Shown one piece after another: positions 1-8,074 of a DNA stretch of 13,987 bases; within the stretch, counting starts at the first letter, position 1, and each line of letters begins with the position of its first letter. A model generated the notes under the pieces. The model did not search any database and was not told the DNA's origin. It was given only the letters and a program-made list of their open reading frames with translations. Source of the DNA: Candidatus Sumerlaeales bacterium (GTDB lineage Bacteria; Sumerlaeota; Sumerlaeia; Sumerlaeales; Sumerlaeaceae); contig JBBSQY010000067.1 in the NCBI GenBank assembly GCA_038243585.1, positions 1-13,987 of the forward strand. The letters are read 5' to 3'. Made by a program: the position numbers and the translations under genes.

Positions 1-1274
1 AAGTGGCGAGACTGACAGTAGTAGCACGAGCCCGGGAAATCGGCTTCATTTATAATTTAGCTGAAGTATTTTCCCAGACAAATGATCCAAACCCAATCAA
101 TAACGATGACATTGCTTATGTGAGTATTACGGCGCCGGCTCCACAGTACGACCTGGCCATCGCCATGCAAGCGTCGCCAGCTGCTGTTCAGGTGGGCGGG
201 ACTCTGGTTTACACCATCGGAGTCACTAACCTCGGACCGGACGACGCCACCGACATCACCCTCACCGACCTGCTTCCCGCGGAACTGGAAGTCCAGTCCG
301 TGGATGCTTCAGGCCCCTGGACAACGCAACTGGACGGTAACAGTCTGACGGCATTCCTGCAAGGGCTTGCAGCGGATCAGTCGGCGACGGTCACCATCAC
401 CACTGTCGTCCGTGCTGGCGCCGTCGGCGAAATCAGAAACACGGCACGCGTCTCAAGCCCGTTGTCAGAGGCGACAACCGTCAACAACTCAGCATCCGCA
501 GTAACCCCCATCGCCATCGTGCCAACCCCCGGCGCTGATCTGATGATTATCAAGTCAGCCAATCCGGATCCCGCAGTTGTCAATCAGCCGCTGACTTACA
601 CAGTCAAGGCAATCAACCTGGGACCAAACCGCAGCACGCTGACCTCGCTGGTGGACGTACTTCCTGATCATGTAACCGTTGTGTCTGTCGCGTCGGATCG
701 TGGAGATGCCATCATAGCAGACCGGGCCGTATCCGTCTCCGGTGTCGCTCTTGAGGTCGGTGAATCTATTACGCTTACGATTACCGTGACCCCTCTTGCA
801 CCCGGCGTACTGGTTAATCGTGCGGGCGTGCTATCCGAGGTGGTTGATCCGGATATGCTTAACAACACGGTAGAACTCAGCACCGTGGTGGGCGTAATGT
901 CCGACTGCGCGGATCTGACTGCGCAGATGACAAAGGCGCGGGCCATCTGTAAATACAACAAGAAGAAAGCGGAGTGGAAGTTCAGCGTTCAATCCAAAAT
1001 AGCCGTAAGCAATATCGGTACGGAGTGCGCCCCTGCGACAGTCGTGCAACTTTATCTCTCGGACGACAGAATCCTGGACTCGTCGGACGATTTCCTGTCC
1101 GTCAAAGCCCTGAAGCCGCTATGCCCGGGCAAGAAACCGAAAAAAGTCAACATGAAGGTAAAGTTGCAACCCAACTTGGATCCTCGCGGTCGCTATCTTA
1201 TCGCTGTTGTTGACGGTGACGGAATAGTGCTTGAATGCAACGAATTGAACAATACCGCATCCGGACCGAACTAA
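1..1274 (+). CDS. DUF11 (Ig-like) repeat surface/secreted protein with C-terminal CARDB-like domain; 5'-truncated by the window edge
   Basis: Two complete DUF11-type repeats (DLAIAMQASPAAVQVGGTLVYTIGVTNLGPDDATDITLTDLLP; ADLMIIKSANPDPAVVNQPLTYTVKAINLGP...VDPDMLNN) and the tail of an earlier one (DPNPINN). The C-terminus VSNIG..A....VQLYLSDD...YLIAVVDGDGIVLECNELNN is CARDB-like. The frame is open at the window start and stops at TAA 1272-1274. Confidence 0.8.
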   Translation, partial: VARLTVVARAREIGFIYNLAEVFSQTNDPNPINNDDIAYVSITAPAPQYDLAIAMQASPAAVQVGGTLVYTIGVTNLGPDDATDITLTDLLPAELEVQSVDASGPWTTQLDGNSLTAFLQGLAADQSATVTITTVVRAGAVGEIRNTARVSSPLSEATTVNNSASAVTPIAIVPTPGADLMIIKSANPDPAVVNQPLTYTVKAINLGPNRSTLTSLVDVLPDHVTVVSVASDRGDAIIADRAVSVSGVALEVGESITLTITVTPLAPGVLVNRAGVLSEVVDPDMLNNTVELSTVVGVMSDCADLTAQMTKARAICKYNKKKAEWKFSVQSKIAVSNIGTECAPATVVQLYLSDDRILDSSDDFLSVKALKPLCPGKKPKKVNMKVKLQPNLDPRGRYLIAVVDGDGIVLECNELNNTASGPN

Positions 1275-1288
1275 GAGAATCAAACAAC

Positions 1289-1321
1289 CGGCGGGCGTCT
1301 GGAACAGCCGGACGCCCGCCG
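1289..1321 (+). terminator. GC-rich stem-loop after the DUF11 gene (terminator, attenuator or mRNA-stabilising hairpin)
   Basis: CGGCGGGCGTCTGG-aacag-CCGGACGCCCGCCG forms a 14-bp stem with one G-U pair. There is no strong U-tract, so read-through is plausible. Confidence 0.5.
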
Positions 1322-1352
1322 ATGAATTTCACTAAAAAGGAACAACCAGATA

Positions 1353-1526
1353 ATGACAATCGATAGTGATCCCAACACTCGCTACGACAAGACGAAAGTC
1401 GCTCCAATAGGGGAGACCCCGTACACGGCTCCTGCAATAGAGCAATTTATTAACGCGGAAGAAATTGAACGGGAAGTCCATTACGCCGGCGGCCTGACCT
1501 GCCCAACCTGCCAAAGACTACCTTGA
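1353..1526 (+). CDS. 57-aa small protein, RiPP-precursor-like (YxxPxI leader motif, C-terminal CxxC); absent from the supplied ORF track
   Basis: Manual translation gives MTIDSDPNTRYDKTKVAPIGETPYTAPAIEQFINAEEIEREVHYAGGLTCPTCQRLP*. SD-like AAGGA at 1337-1341 precedes ATG 1353, and a hairpin plus T7 follows. Confidence 0.7.
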   Translation: MTIDSDPNTRYDKTKVAPIGETPYTAPAIEQFINAEEIEREVHYAGGLTCPTCQRLP

Positions 1527-1559
1527 CAGAGCCGCCATCCCTCATGGGCTGAGTGCGGA

Positions 1560-1596
1560 CTGCTCACGAAATGCCCCTTCGTTTGCAGCTTTTTTT
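1560..1596 (+). terminator. Putative intrinsic terminator after the small ORF
   Basis: CTGC-tc-ACGAA-atgcccc-TTCGT-tt-GCAG interrupted stem followed by TTTTTTT (1590-1596). Confidence 0.45.
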
Positions 1597-1719
1597 ACCA
1601 TTCGCCGTTGTCAGACTTATAAATAGAGGAAATTCGTTACGCCCATAACCGCGTGCCTCAATCTGCTGTCATATGATTTAGAATCAACATCATGAACTCA
1701 TCCGCGGATAAACCTTCTC

Positions 1720-2355
1720 ATGTTCCGACAGTCTTTCCGGTCGCTTAAACGCGGTTTTACCCTGATCGAGCTGCTCATTGTCGTAGCCATCATTGCCATT
1801 CTTGCCGGCATAGCAGTTGTTAATTTCCTGGAAGCCCAGACCCGGGCAAAGGTGGCCAGGGCGAAGTCCGATCTTCGCACCATAGCCACCGGCCTGGAGT
1901 TCTACAGGACGGATTACCCCGCCTATCCGGCCTATCATTATGCGCAGAACGACACGGCAGAGAACGGCTGGAGTTTCCATGTTGGCGGCGACATGAGTAA
2001 TATATTTGTATCGCCACCCTTCCTGGGAAACAACCCCCTTACAACTCCGGTCGCATATTTAAACCAGCCGCCCCGAGACGTCTTTGGCAAGCTCGCGAAC
2101 ATCGATTCGCCAGAGACAGCGGACTACTGGTATGTGAACTGGGACTATGCGATCACCAAAGTTACCGGCGGCTTTCAAGGGGTCTTCAACGATTTGCGCG
2201 CGGAACATGGATCCTGGCGAATTCACTCAAGCGGCCCGGATATGAAAGGCCCGGATACTATCGTGGGCGAGGGCCAGGCCAGCTACGACGCCACCAACGG
2301 AACAATCAGCCGTGGCGACGTCCTGTTTACTCAGAAGCGGCAGATGAGCCTGTAA
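1720..2355 (+). CDS. Prepilin-type N-terminal cleavage/methylation protein (GspG-like pseudopilin / type IV pilin-like)
   Basis: Class III signal KRG|FTLIELLIVVAIIAILAGIA with E5, then NFLEAQTRAKVARAKSDLRTIATGLE. LTTPVAYL...DVF and S.GPD motifs resemble GspG-like C-terminal domains. Confidence 0.9.
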   Translation: MFRQSFRSLKRGFTLIELLIVVAIIAILAGIAVVNFLEAQTRAKVARAKSDLRTIATGLEFYRTDYPAYPAYHYAQNDTAENGWSFHVGGDMSNIFVSPPFLGNNPLTTPVAYLNQPPRDVFGKLANIDSPETADYWYVNWDYAITKVTGGFQGVFNDLRAEHGSWRIHSSGPDMKGPDTIVGEGQASYDATNGTISRGDVLFTQKRQMSL

Positions 2356-2397
2356 GACCGGGGGATTCCACCAAACGCACCCTTTCGGGCCCATCGG

Positions 2398-3288
2398 TTA
2401 ATGCGTGTGCCCGTCGCCCTCCGTATGCGTATGAGTGCCCTCGGCTGATGTCGTGGCGCTGTCAGATGCTGTCGGCGTGGTGACTTCCGCACCCATAGGC
2501 AGCGAATAGGTGCTTGCGGGATCCTCAGGCTCTACGTTTCTAAGGCCGAACAGGCTGCTTTGCAGGTTGTTTCTGCCTTCCGTTTCATCCACGGTGGCTC
2601 CGCCGCCGCCGCGCACGAGCTGAAACTGGTAAATCCTGGGCGTACCAGACTCCACCAGTACATTCAGTCGCTCTTCAAACCCATAGCCCGGCTTGGATAC
2701 CTTGATGTCCCGGGTGCTGAACGTGATCCCGTTAAGGTTCTCAGGCATGGGTTTACCGTCAGGCATGGATACGGGCAATTTGAAATAGCCACGCTCATCC
2801 GTTGTCGTTTTCACATCCTGCTTCAAAAGTTCAACTGCCGCGCCGGCCACGGGCTTTCCAACGGTTTCGTCCGTTACATATCCGACAATCAGGGTGCCGT
2901 CCGCTGGCATTCCTTCCCCAAGTTTCTCCGGTCGCAGTTCCTCCGGATCCTCCGCGGGATCAAGCATTATCACATTTATGGGAGCTTGATCAAGCGCGGC
3001 CGTCTGCCGAGAGTCCAGGTCGTCATAGCCGTTCGCCTTAACCAGCACCTGGTGATCGCCGGGCGAGACAGGAACGCTCATTCGGCCGGCCTCGTCAATG
3101 GCGTTAAAAATCATTTTATTGTCAATCAGGATTGCGTCCGGGCGAACTACCGTGCCGCGGGCGCTGTCGCGAAATGTGAAGTGCATCACAGCCATCTGGG
3201 TGGCGGTCGTTTGTGCCGCGGCCATCGAGACACCGGCCATCATAGCCGCACATCCAATAACAATTTTAACACTTTCGCTAATCTTCAT
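2398..3288 (-). CDS. Exported protein with carboxypeptidase-regulatory-like (beta-sandwich) domains and a His-rich tail
   Basis: Signal peptide (VIGCAAMMAGVSMAAA-Q). IVGYVTDETVGKPVAGAAVEL...TTTDERGYFKL...IKVSKPGY is the CarboxypepD_reg pattern. It ends THTHTEGDGHTH. The start is ATG 3288, or GTG 3297 as in the track. Confidence 0.7.
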   Translation of the reverse strand: MKISESVKIVIGCAAMMAGVSMAAAQTTATQMAVMHFTFRDSARGTVVRPDAILIDNKMIFNAIDEAGRMSVPVSPGDHQVLVKANGYDDLDSRQTAALDQAPINVIMLDPAEDPEELRPEKLGEGMPADGTLIVGYVTDETVGKPVAGAAVELLKQDVKTTTDERGYFKLPVSMPDGKPMPENLNGITFSTRDIKVSKPGYGFEERLNVLVESGTPRIYQFQLVRGGGGATVDETEGRNNLQSSLFGLRNVEPEDPASTYSLPMGAEVTTPTASDSATTSAEGTHTHTEGDGHTH

Positions 3289-3314
3289 GATCCGCACCTG
3301 TTTATATAATGGCG

Positions 3315-4079
3315 TTACTGAAGCTCCCGTTTCCAGATCCGGACATCGGCGACCGACGGTGCCGCAACGCCGCTGGCCGACAAATGCAGCCGGTAGCGCA
3401 GTGACGGACCGGAAACTGTTGCAGAACTTATGGAATCCAGCGACTCCAAATCGGCGTTGGCAAGAGATGCTTGCACGGGAGCAACAACACGGTGCCCGTC
3501 CGGTTTACGATATTTTTCCATAACAACCCAGGGTGACCACTGGACGCCGTCCTCGCTCAACGACAGCTCCAGATCCACGCCTGCGCCCTCTTCCAGAGCT
3601 GCAGATTTATCGGCAGGACCCGCCAGCGCAGGACTTCGCAGCGAGATGGGCGGCGAAGCGAGCATTCCAGACCGGGGGGCCGTGCTGCCGGCTTCGCCGG
3701 TCAGGGTTAGCACGCCATCAATCAAATGGATCCCATCGGCCCGGTAGCCAGCGGGTATGGTCGTCCAATTGTCGAATTTGTCCACAATATAACCGGACAA
3801 CTGCGGCAAAACGGTGGGAGCCTCATCGGGAAAATTATGGACCCCGGCGTCGCGCGGGCGCGCGGTTGGGGTTTTATTATCTCTGGCGTCTCGGCGAGAG
3901 GGAAACTTACCGGTGGCGAGGCGATCAGTGCGCACGTCAGCCTGCCCGATAGGTTCGTCATCGGCCTCAGGCGGGGGATTGGGGCGATCCGGTTGACGCA
4001 GAAACAGCGCCCCACCCACCACACCGATAGTGAGCAGCACGGCAAAGCCAAGGGCCGGCTTACCGGAGCGTGACATCAT
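3315..4079 (-). CDS. Membrane-anchored hypothetical protein with a C-terminal beta-rich domain
   Basis: N-terminal TM segment (LGFAVLLTIGVVGGALFL), a Pro/charged linker, then LELSLSEDGVQWSPW...LRYRLHL. It overlaps the upstream gene by 20 nt, consistent with an operon. Confidence 0.65.
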   Translation of the reverse strand: MMSRSGKPALGFAVLLTIGVVGGALFLRQPDRPNPPPEADDEPIGQADVRTDRLATGKFPSRRDARDNKTPTARPRDAGVHNFPDEAPTVLPQLSGYIVDKFDNWTTIPAGYRADGIHLIDGVLTLTGEAGSTAPRSGMLASPPISLRSPALAGPADKSAALEEGAGVDLELSLSEDGVQWSPWVVMEKYRKPDGHRVVAPVQASLANADLESLDSISSATVSGPSLRYRLHLSASGVAAPSVADVRIWKRELQ

Positions 4080-4812
4080 ACGTCCATTCGCTGGTTCGAT
4101 GGCTGCCGGGGGCGGCTCGGTCGTCTGTTTCCACGATTTCCATGGAGAAGGTTTCGCTCGTGCTCCGGTCCATTTTGATCTGCATCCGCCTGCGTTCTCC
4201 GGGCGTAACCACGACGTTCTTCATGCGGACCGATTGGTAACCTTCAGCCTCAACCTCCAGGGTGACAGCCGGGCGTGCCGCAGCACCAGGCACTCCGGTG
4301 ATTATTTCGAAAGAATACAGGCCCATATCGTCCGTCCTGGTTGATAGCTGCGTATCAGGCAGAGTAACCAGCACATCCTTCATCAGCACACCGGTGTCGG
4401 CGTCGGAAACGTTGCCTTCCAATACGGCCGCATCGGCGGCCACCGGTTCCACCTCCAGCGGCTCGGTGGGATCCAGTTCAATTTCCATGATAGGCGTTTC
4501 GTCGCCCTGCACCGCGGCAGATACTTCGATAGACCCATAGCCGTCCGCTTCCACTTTGATGGAATGGGAGCCGTCAGGCAACGACAAAGCAATCAGGCTG
4601 CCCGCCTCCACCTCAAACGAAACCGCCTGTTCATCCACTGAAATAGAGGCCGGTGCCACGCCCCCGCCGGTGGATGAGTCCAGCACTTTCAGGTACAGGG
4701 TGCTGGACACGGCGGTTGTTAGCGCCGAAGTTTCTTGAGCCGCAAGCGGGACAGCAAGAGCAACCGCCAGCGCGACGACAACTGAGCATTTCCAAAAAAA
4801 GCCCGCTGTCAT
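4060..4812 (-). CDS. Exported protein with PEGA / carboxypeptidase-regulatory-like domains; paralog-like to 2398..3288
   Basis: Signal peptide VVVALAVALAVPLAA-Q. Motifs LPDGSHSIKVEADGY and LEGNVSDADTGVLMKDVLVTL...TRTDDMGLYSF...VEAEGY. TAATG stop/start overlap with the upstream gene at 4810-4814. Confidence 0.7.
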   Translation of the reverse strand: MTAGFFWKCSVVVALAVALAVPLAAQETSALTTAVSSTLYLKVLDSSTGGGVAPASISVDEQAVSFEVEAGSLIALSLPDGSHSIKVEADGYGSIEVSAAVQGDETPIMEIELDPTEPLEVEPVAADAAVLEGNVSDADTGVLMKDVLVTLPDTQLSTRTDDMGLYSFEIITGVPGAAARPAVTLEVEAEGYQSVRMKNVVVTPGERRRMQIKMDRSTSETFSMEIVETDDRAAPGSHRTSEWTYDVTLR

Positions 4813-5198
4813 TATTCTCCGGAAATCACCAGGAGTTCCGCCTGCAGCTCTTTGCGCCGGAGCTGAAGCTCTCTCGCCTGGCGCGAAGCCGTATAGTATT
4901 CGTCACAATTCTTGTGACGATTGAAGCCTCGCATCATCCATAAAAATGTCGACACCAAGGTCACGGCGACCATAAAGATCGTAAGATACCAGGCATAGCG
5001 GGCAGTCTTTACGTGAAAGATATAGGCATCCGGAATTCTATACCCAAACTCTGCCCAGCCGAAAATAAGGGCCGTCAACACCCACTTGCCCAAAGGGAAC
5101 TGTCGAGAGTCATACTGTGGGAGTGCCGCCGCAGCGGTGAGCCGCGTGATCTGCTCATCGAGACTGGCAATTTCTTGTAACAGTTGTTCTTTTCTCAT
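4812..5198 (-). CDS. Small two-TM membrane protein with coiled-coil ends
   Basis: The likely start is ATG 5198 (MRKEQLLQEIASLDEQI), preferred over the track's 5237 start. Two hydrophobic segments; translationally coupled to the next gene. Confidence 0.65.
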   Translation of the reverse strand: MRKEQLLQEIASLDEQITRLTAAAALPQYDSRQFPLGKWVLTALIFGWAEFGYRIPDAYIFHVKTARYAWYLTIFMVAVTLVSTFLWMMRGFNRHKNCDEYYTASRQARELQLRRKELQAELLVISGE

Positions 5199-5334
5199 AA
5201 GAAACAAATTTCCTATCGGAGGAAGATAGAAAATCAAGAACTTGTTTATAAGTTAAAAAACAAACATTGCTTCGGGAGAGAACCTTGCGACCGATGCTTA
5301 AGCCACGTCGGTTCTTGCCAGGATAACTAGTGAT

Positions 5335-6195
5335 TTAGTCGGCGGCAAATACCTGTTTGTAAGGTGAAATGATTCTTTCCTGGATCCATGCCAACAGGCC
5401 ATCGCGAAACTTCGGGTCCTCAAATGTGGCATTTTTACTGATTTGATCGTAGAGGAATTTGTTTACGCGATACTGTCGTTTGCGGTCGCGGAGCATGGCG
5501 TCCGTGGCTTCGGGCGCGGTTTCCAGTTCATGCTTCCACTCCACCGCCGCTTTTTCCAGTTCCGCGGTAGTCAGGGCGTCGTCCGGGCTGATGGCTTTTT
5601 CCAGAGCCACGCGCCGCGCTTCCCGTTCCCAGCTGTTTCGCGACCGCGCCAGTGCCGTTTCATGATCATCGGGAAACATCTTCTGGAATTCCTGAAACCG
5701 TTGCTCATCCTGTCCGTAGGTTATAACCAATGCCCGAAGGGCGCGCTCGGGGATTTCCATTTGCGTGGCGCTGGTCGAGACATCACGCCACAGCTCATCA
5801 AAGCTGTATTCCGAATTCTCTGCGCGGTTTTTTCGAAAGAGTTCGATGACCTGTCGTTGAAACTTAAGGCGGGGAAGCACCGTAAACGCAAGCTGTTCAC
5901 CCATATTCGACTTTTCGAAATCCTGCTGCTGACGCTCCATGGCGTCTGGATCCGGCTCCAGACTGCGGCGATCCGCTTCATCTGAGAGCCAGAGGCTCTT
6001 TAGCAGGGAAAAACAAACCCTGTATCGACACTCTTCCACCTGTGTGGCACTAAGGGTCTCGGTGGCGCAGCCGTTGTCGAGCGCTTCTGTATCGAGAGTT
6101 ACGCCGTCAAGGGTAACCACCGGCGCGGCATGGACGGCAGCACCGGCCAGCGTTATTGCAAACATCACGGCCAGCATTGCAGTGCGGCGTTTCAT
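5335..6195 (-). CDS. Secreted helical hypothetical protein
   Basis: Classic Sec signal MKRRTAMLAVMFAITLAGAAVHA-A and a 286-aa charged helical body. No family recognised. Confidence 0.7.
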   Translation of the reverse strand: MKRRTAMLAVMFAITLAGAAVHAAPVVTLDGVTLDTEALDNGCATETLSATQVEECRYRVCFSLLKSLWLSDEADRRSLEPDPDAMERQQQDFEKSNMGEQLAFTVLPRLKFQRQVIELFRKNRAENSEYSFDELWRDVSTSATQMEIPERALRALVITYGQDEQRFQEFQKMFPDDHETALARSRNSWEREARRVALEKAISPDDALTTAELEKAAVEWKHELETAPEATDAMLRDRKRQYRVNKFLYDQISKNATFEDPKFRDGLLAWIQERIISPYKQVFAAD

Positions 6196-6432
6196 GCGGT
6201 TTTTCCCTCAATCTTAAAGTTAAAGATATTAAACCCAGTGGGCGCACGAAAATTTCTTATCCGGCGTCGGTGACATGGGTTGATCATAATGCATATGCAT
6301 TTAAGCGGGTCCTGTGCCCGGCTATTAGCGTCCATTTTGAACATAACGCCTTAAATGTCCGTTTTTGGCCGCCGCCACCCCCGCCGTAAAATTTTCTGTG
6401 CCCATACGCACCCATACGTGCCCGTGCGGGAA

Positions 6433-6461
6433 TTGTGCCGCTGAAACTTCCGCCCTATAAC
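6433..6461 (+). promoter_or_regulatory. Candidate sigma70-type promoter of the head cassette
   Basis: TTGTGC (6433-6438), a 17-nt spacer and TATAAC (6456-6461). SD-like AAGGTGGT at 6480-6487 precedes ATG 6496. Confidence 0.5.
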
Positions 6462-6495
6462 CATCAGCATACTTTACGAAAGGTGGTTAAAACTT

Positions 6496-8010
6496 ATGGC
6501 GGGAATTCGTCCGGTAACACGCGAAATCTCCGGCAGGTGTCATTCCGGCGGTGTCACCCCCGGCTGGTATCATTCCATGCTGACAACGGACTGGTCCTGG
6601 GCCGGGACGCCGGGCGGGCTTTATGGCTTGTTTCAGGAGATGGAAGACAAAGATGCCCACCTGTTCGCCACGCTTCAGACCCGGAAAAACGCCTTGCTGG
6701 GGTGCCCATGGAAGGTGATCGCGGGGGACGATTCAACTGACGCTCGCGCGGCGGCGGCGCTGGTGGAACGGAATCTATTTACCCTGCCGAGCCTGAACAT
6801 GGCTCTGTTTCATCTGCTGGACGCGGTGGCAAAGGGCTTCGCCGTCGCAGAAATCATCTGGGAGGTCGATCGGGAAAGTGGTCATGTTTACGCGGCGGAT
6901 ATACGCGGTCGCAACCAGGTCGATTTCGCGTTCGACTCCGGGCAGCGTCTGTTCATGCTGAATGATACACCCGCGACAGACGGCTCAGCCAGCCGTCCGC
7001 ACCTTCGGGAAAATATGCGCGACCTGTTGCCGCGTCCCGGCGAGACGATGGTATGGGCGCAAGGAGCACAGGCGATGCCGGAACGGAAGTTTCTCCATTT
7101 CGCATTCCAGGGAAACACCTGTTCACCCTACGGCGCGGCCCTTTGCATCAAAGCTTATCAGTATTACTGGCTCAAGAAAAACACGCTCCAGCATTGGGCG
7201 CTTTTCAACGAGAAATTCGGTAGCCCCACTGCCGTTGCTCGCTATGCCGCCACCACTTCAGAGGACGACCTTCGCCGTCTGGAAGAAACCATAGCCTCGC
7301 TTCCGCAAGACACCGGGGTGCTGTTGCCAGAAGGCGTGGGACTGGAATTCCTGGAAGCGCGGCGGGCGTCCGGGTCGAACACTTATCGGGAAATGGCAGA
7401 TTGGTGCAACGACGAAATTTCGAAAATCGTCCTTGGCCAGACGCTTACCACCAGCGAAGGGCGACGTTCCGGCAGCCTCGCGCTGGGCCAGGTCCACGAA
7501 ACGGTGCGGCGTGACTACCTGGCCAGCGACGCGGCGATTGTCGGGCAGGTGCTCTCGTCCCAACTCGCGCGGTGGATCACCGACTTCAACTTCGGAACCG
7601 ATGTGCCGGCACCGAGAGTCGTGTTTGATGTTGCTCCGCCGGAGCAGTTCGAAAGCGAGCTCGCGGTAGACCGGGAGCTGATCAAGATGGGGGTGCCGAT
7701 CCCGGCCGCTTATTTTTATGATCGTTACCGCCGACCGGCACCCCGCGACGGCGAACGCACCCTGCGTTATGACGACGCCAATCTCTACCAGTATCATTTG
7801 CTCCATGGCGTGCTGACAATCAACGAGGTGCGGGCGACCTTGGGGCTGGCAGCAACGCCATGGGGAGACCAGCAAACGGGTCGCCGGGGCGGAGGCGAAT
7901 CCGCTGCCGTAGAGCAGGACATGGGCGGGCGCGGCGGAGGCCGGGACGGCGATAGAAAAGAAGGCGACGGCGATGCAGACGAGGCCACCGCAGATCGCCA
8001 GCTAGGGTAG
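6496..8010 (+). CDS. Phage portal protein, DUF935 / Mu gp29-like
   Basis: DUF935 motifs: LFQEMEDKDAHLFATLQTRKNALLG.PWKV, LLDAVAKGFAVAEIIW, W..FNEKFGSP..V.RY, EFLEA, WCNDEISKIVLGQTLT...GSLALGQVHETVR.D...SDA, L..WI..FNFG. Confidence 0.92.
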   Translation: MAGIRPVTREISGRCHSGGVTPGWYHSMLTTDWSWAGTPGGLYGLFQEMEDKDAHLFATLQTRKNALLGCPWKVIAGDDSTDARAAAALVERNLFTLPSLNMALFHLLDAVAKGFAVAEIIWEVDRESGHVYAADIRGRNQVDFAFDSGQRLFMLNDTPATDGSASRPHLRENMRDLLPRPGETMVWAQGAQAMPERKFLHFAFQGNTCSPYGAALCIKAYQYYWLKKNTLQHWALFNEKFGSPTAVARYAATTSEDDLRRLEETIASLPQDTGVLLPEGVGLEFLEARRASGSNTYREMADWCNDEISKIVLGQTLTTSEGRRSGSLALGQVHETVRRDYLASDAAIVGQVLSSQLARWITDFNFGTDVPAPRVVFDVAPPEQFESELAVDRELIKMGVPIPAAYFYDRYRRPAPRDGERTLRYDDANLYQYHLLHGVLTINEVRATLGLAATPWGDQQTGRRGGGESAAVEQDMGGRGGGRDGDRKEGDGDADEATADRQLG

Positions 8011-8031
8011 GAACGGCTCGCCGAGCCGTCC
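8007..8031 (+). repeat. GTAG-led REP-like hairpin overlapping the portal stop codon
   Basis: GTAG-GA-ACGGCTC-gcc-GAGCCGT-CC. The TAG of GTAG is the portal stop (8008-8010). Confidence 0.55.
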
Positions 8032-8074
8032 GAAACGAAACCCCACAATCAACGCAAAAAAGAAAGGAACAAAC

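Noticed and set aside
1198..1514. Minus-strand ORFs 1198..1437 and 1332..1514
   Set aside because: The plus-strand 57-aa ORF has an SD, a recognisable motif and a terminator, and these ORFs have none.
2560..3309. 249-aa plus-strand ORF, and similar antisense ORFs at 5443..5985, 7258..7875 and 12959..13402
   Set aside because: Antisense shadows of better-supported genes, as expected in GC-rich DNA.
6241..6252. GGCGCACGAAAA resembles my recollection of the phage Mu right-end sequence
   Set aside because: It is a single 12-bp match with no repeated transposase sites around it and no Mu transposase, so it is probably chance.
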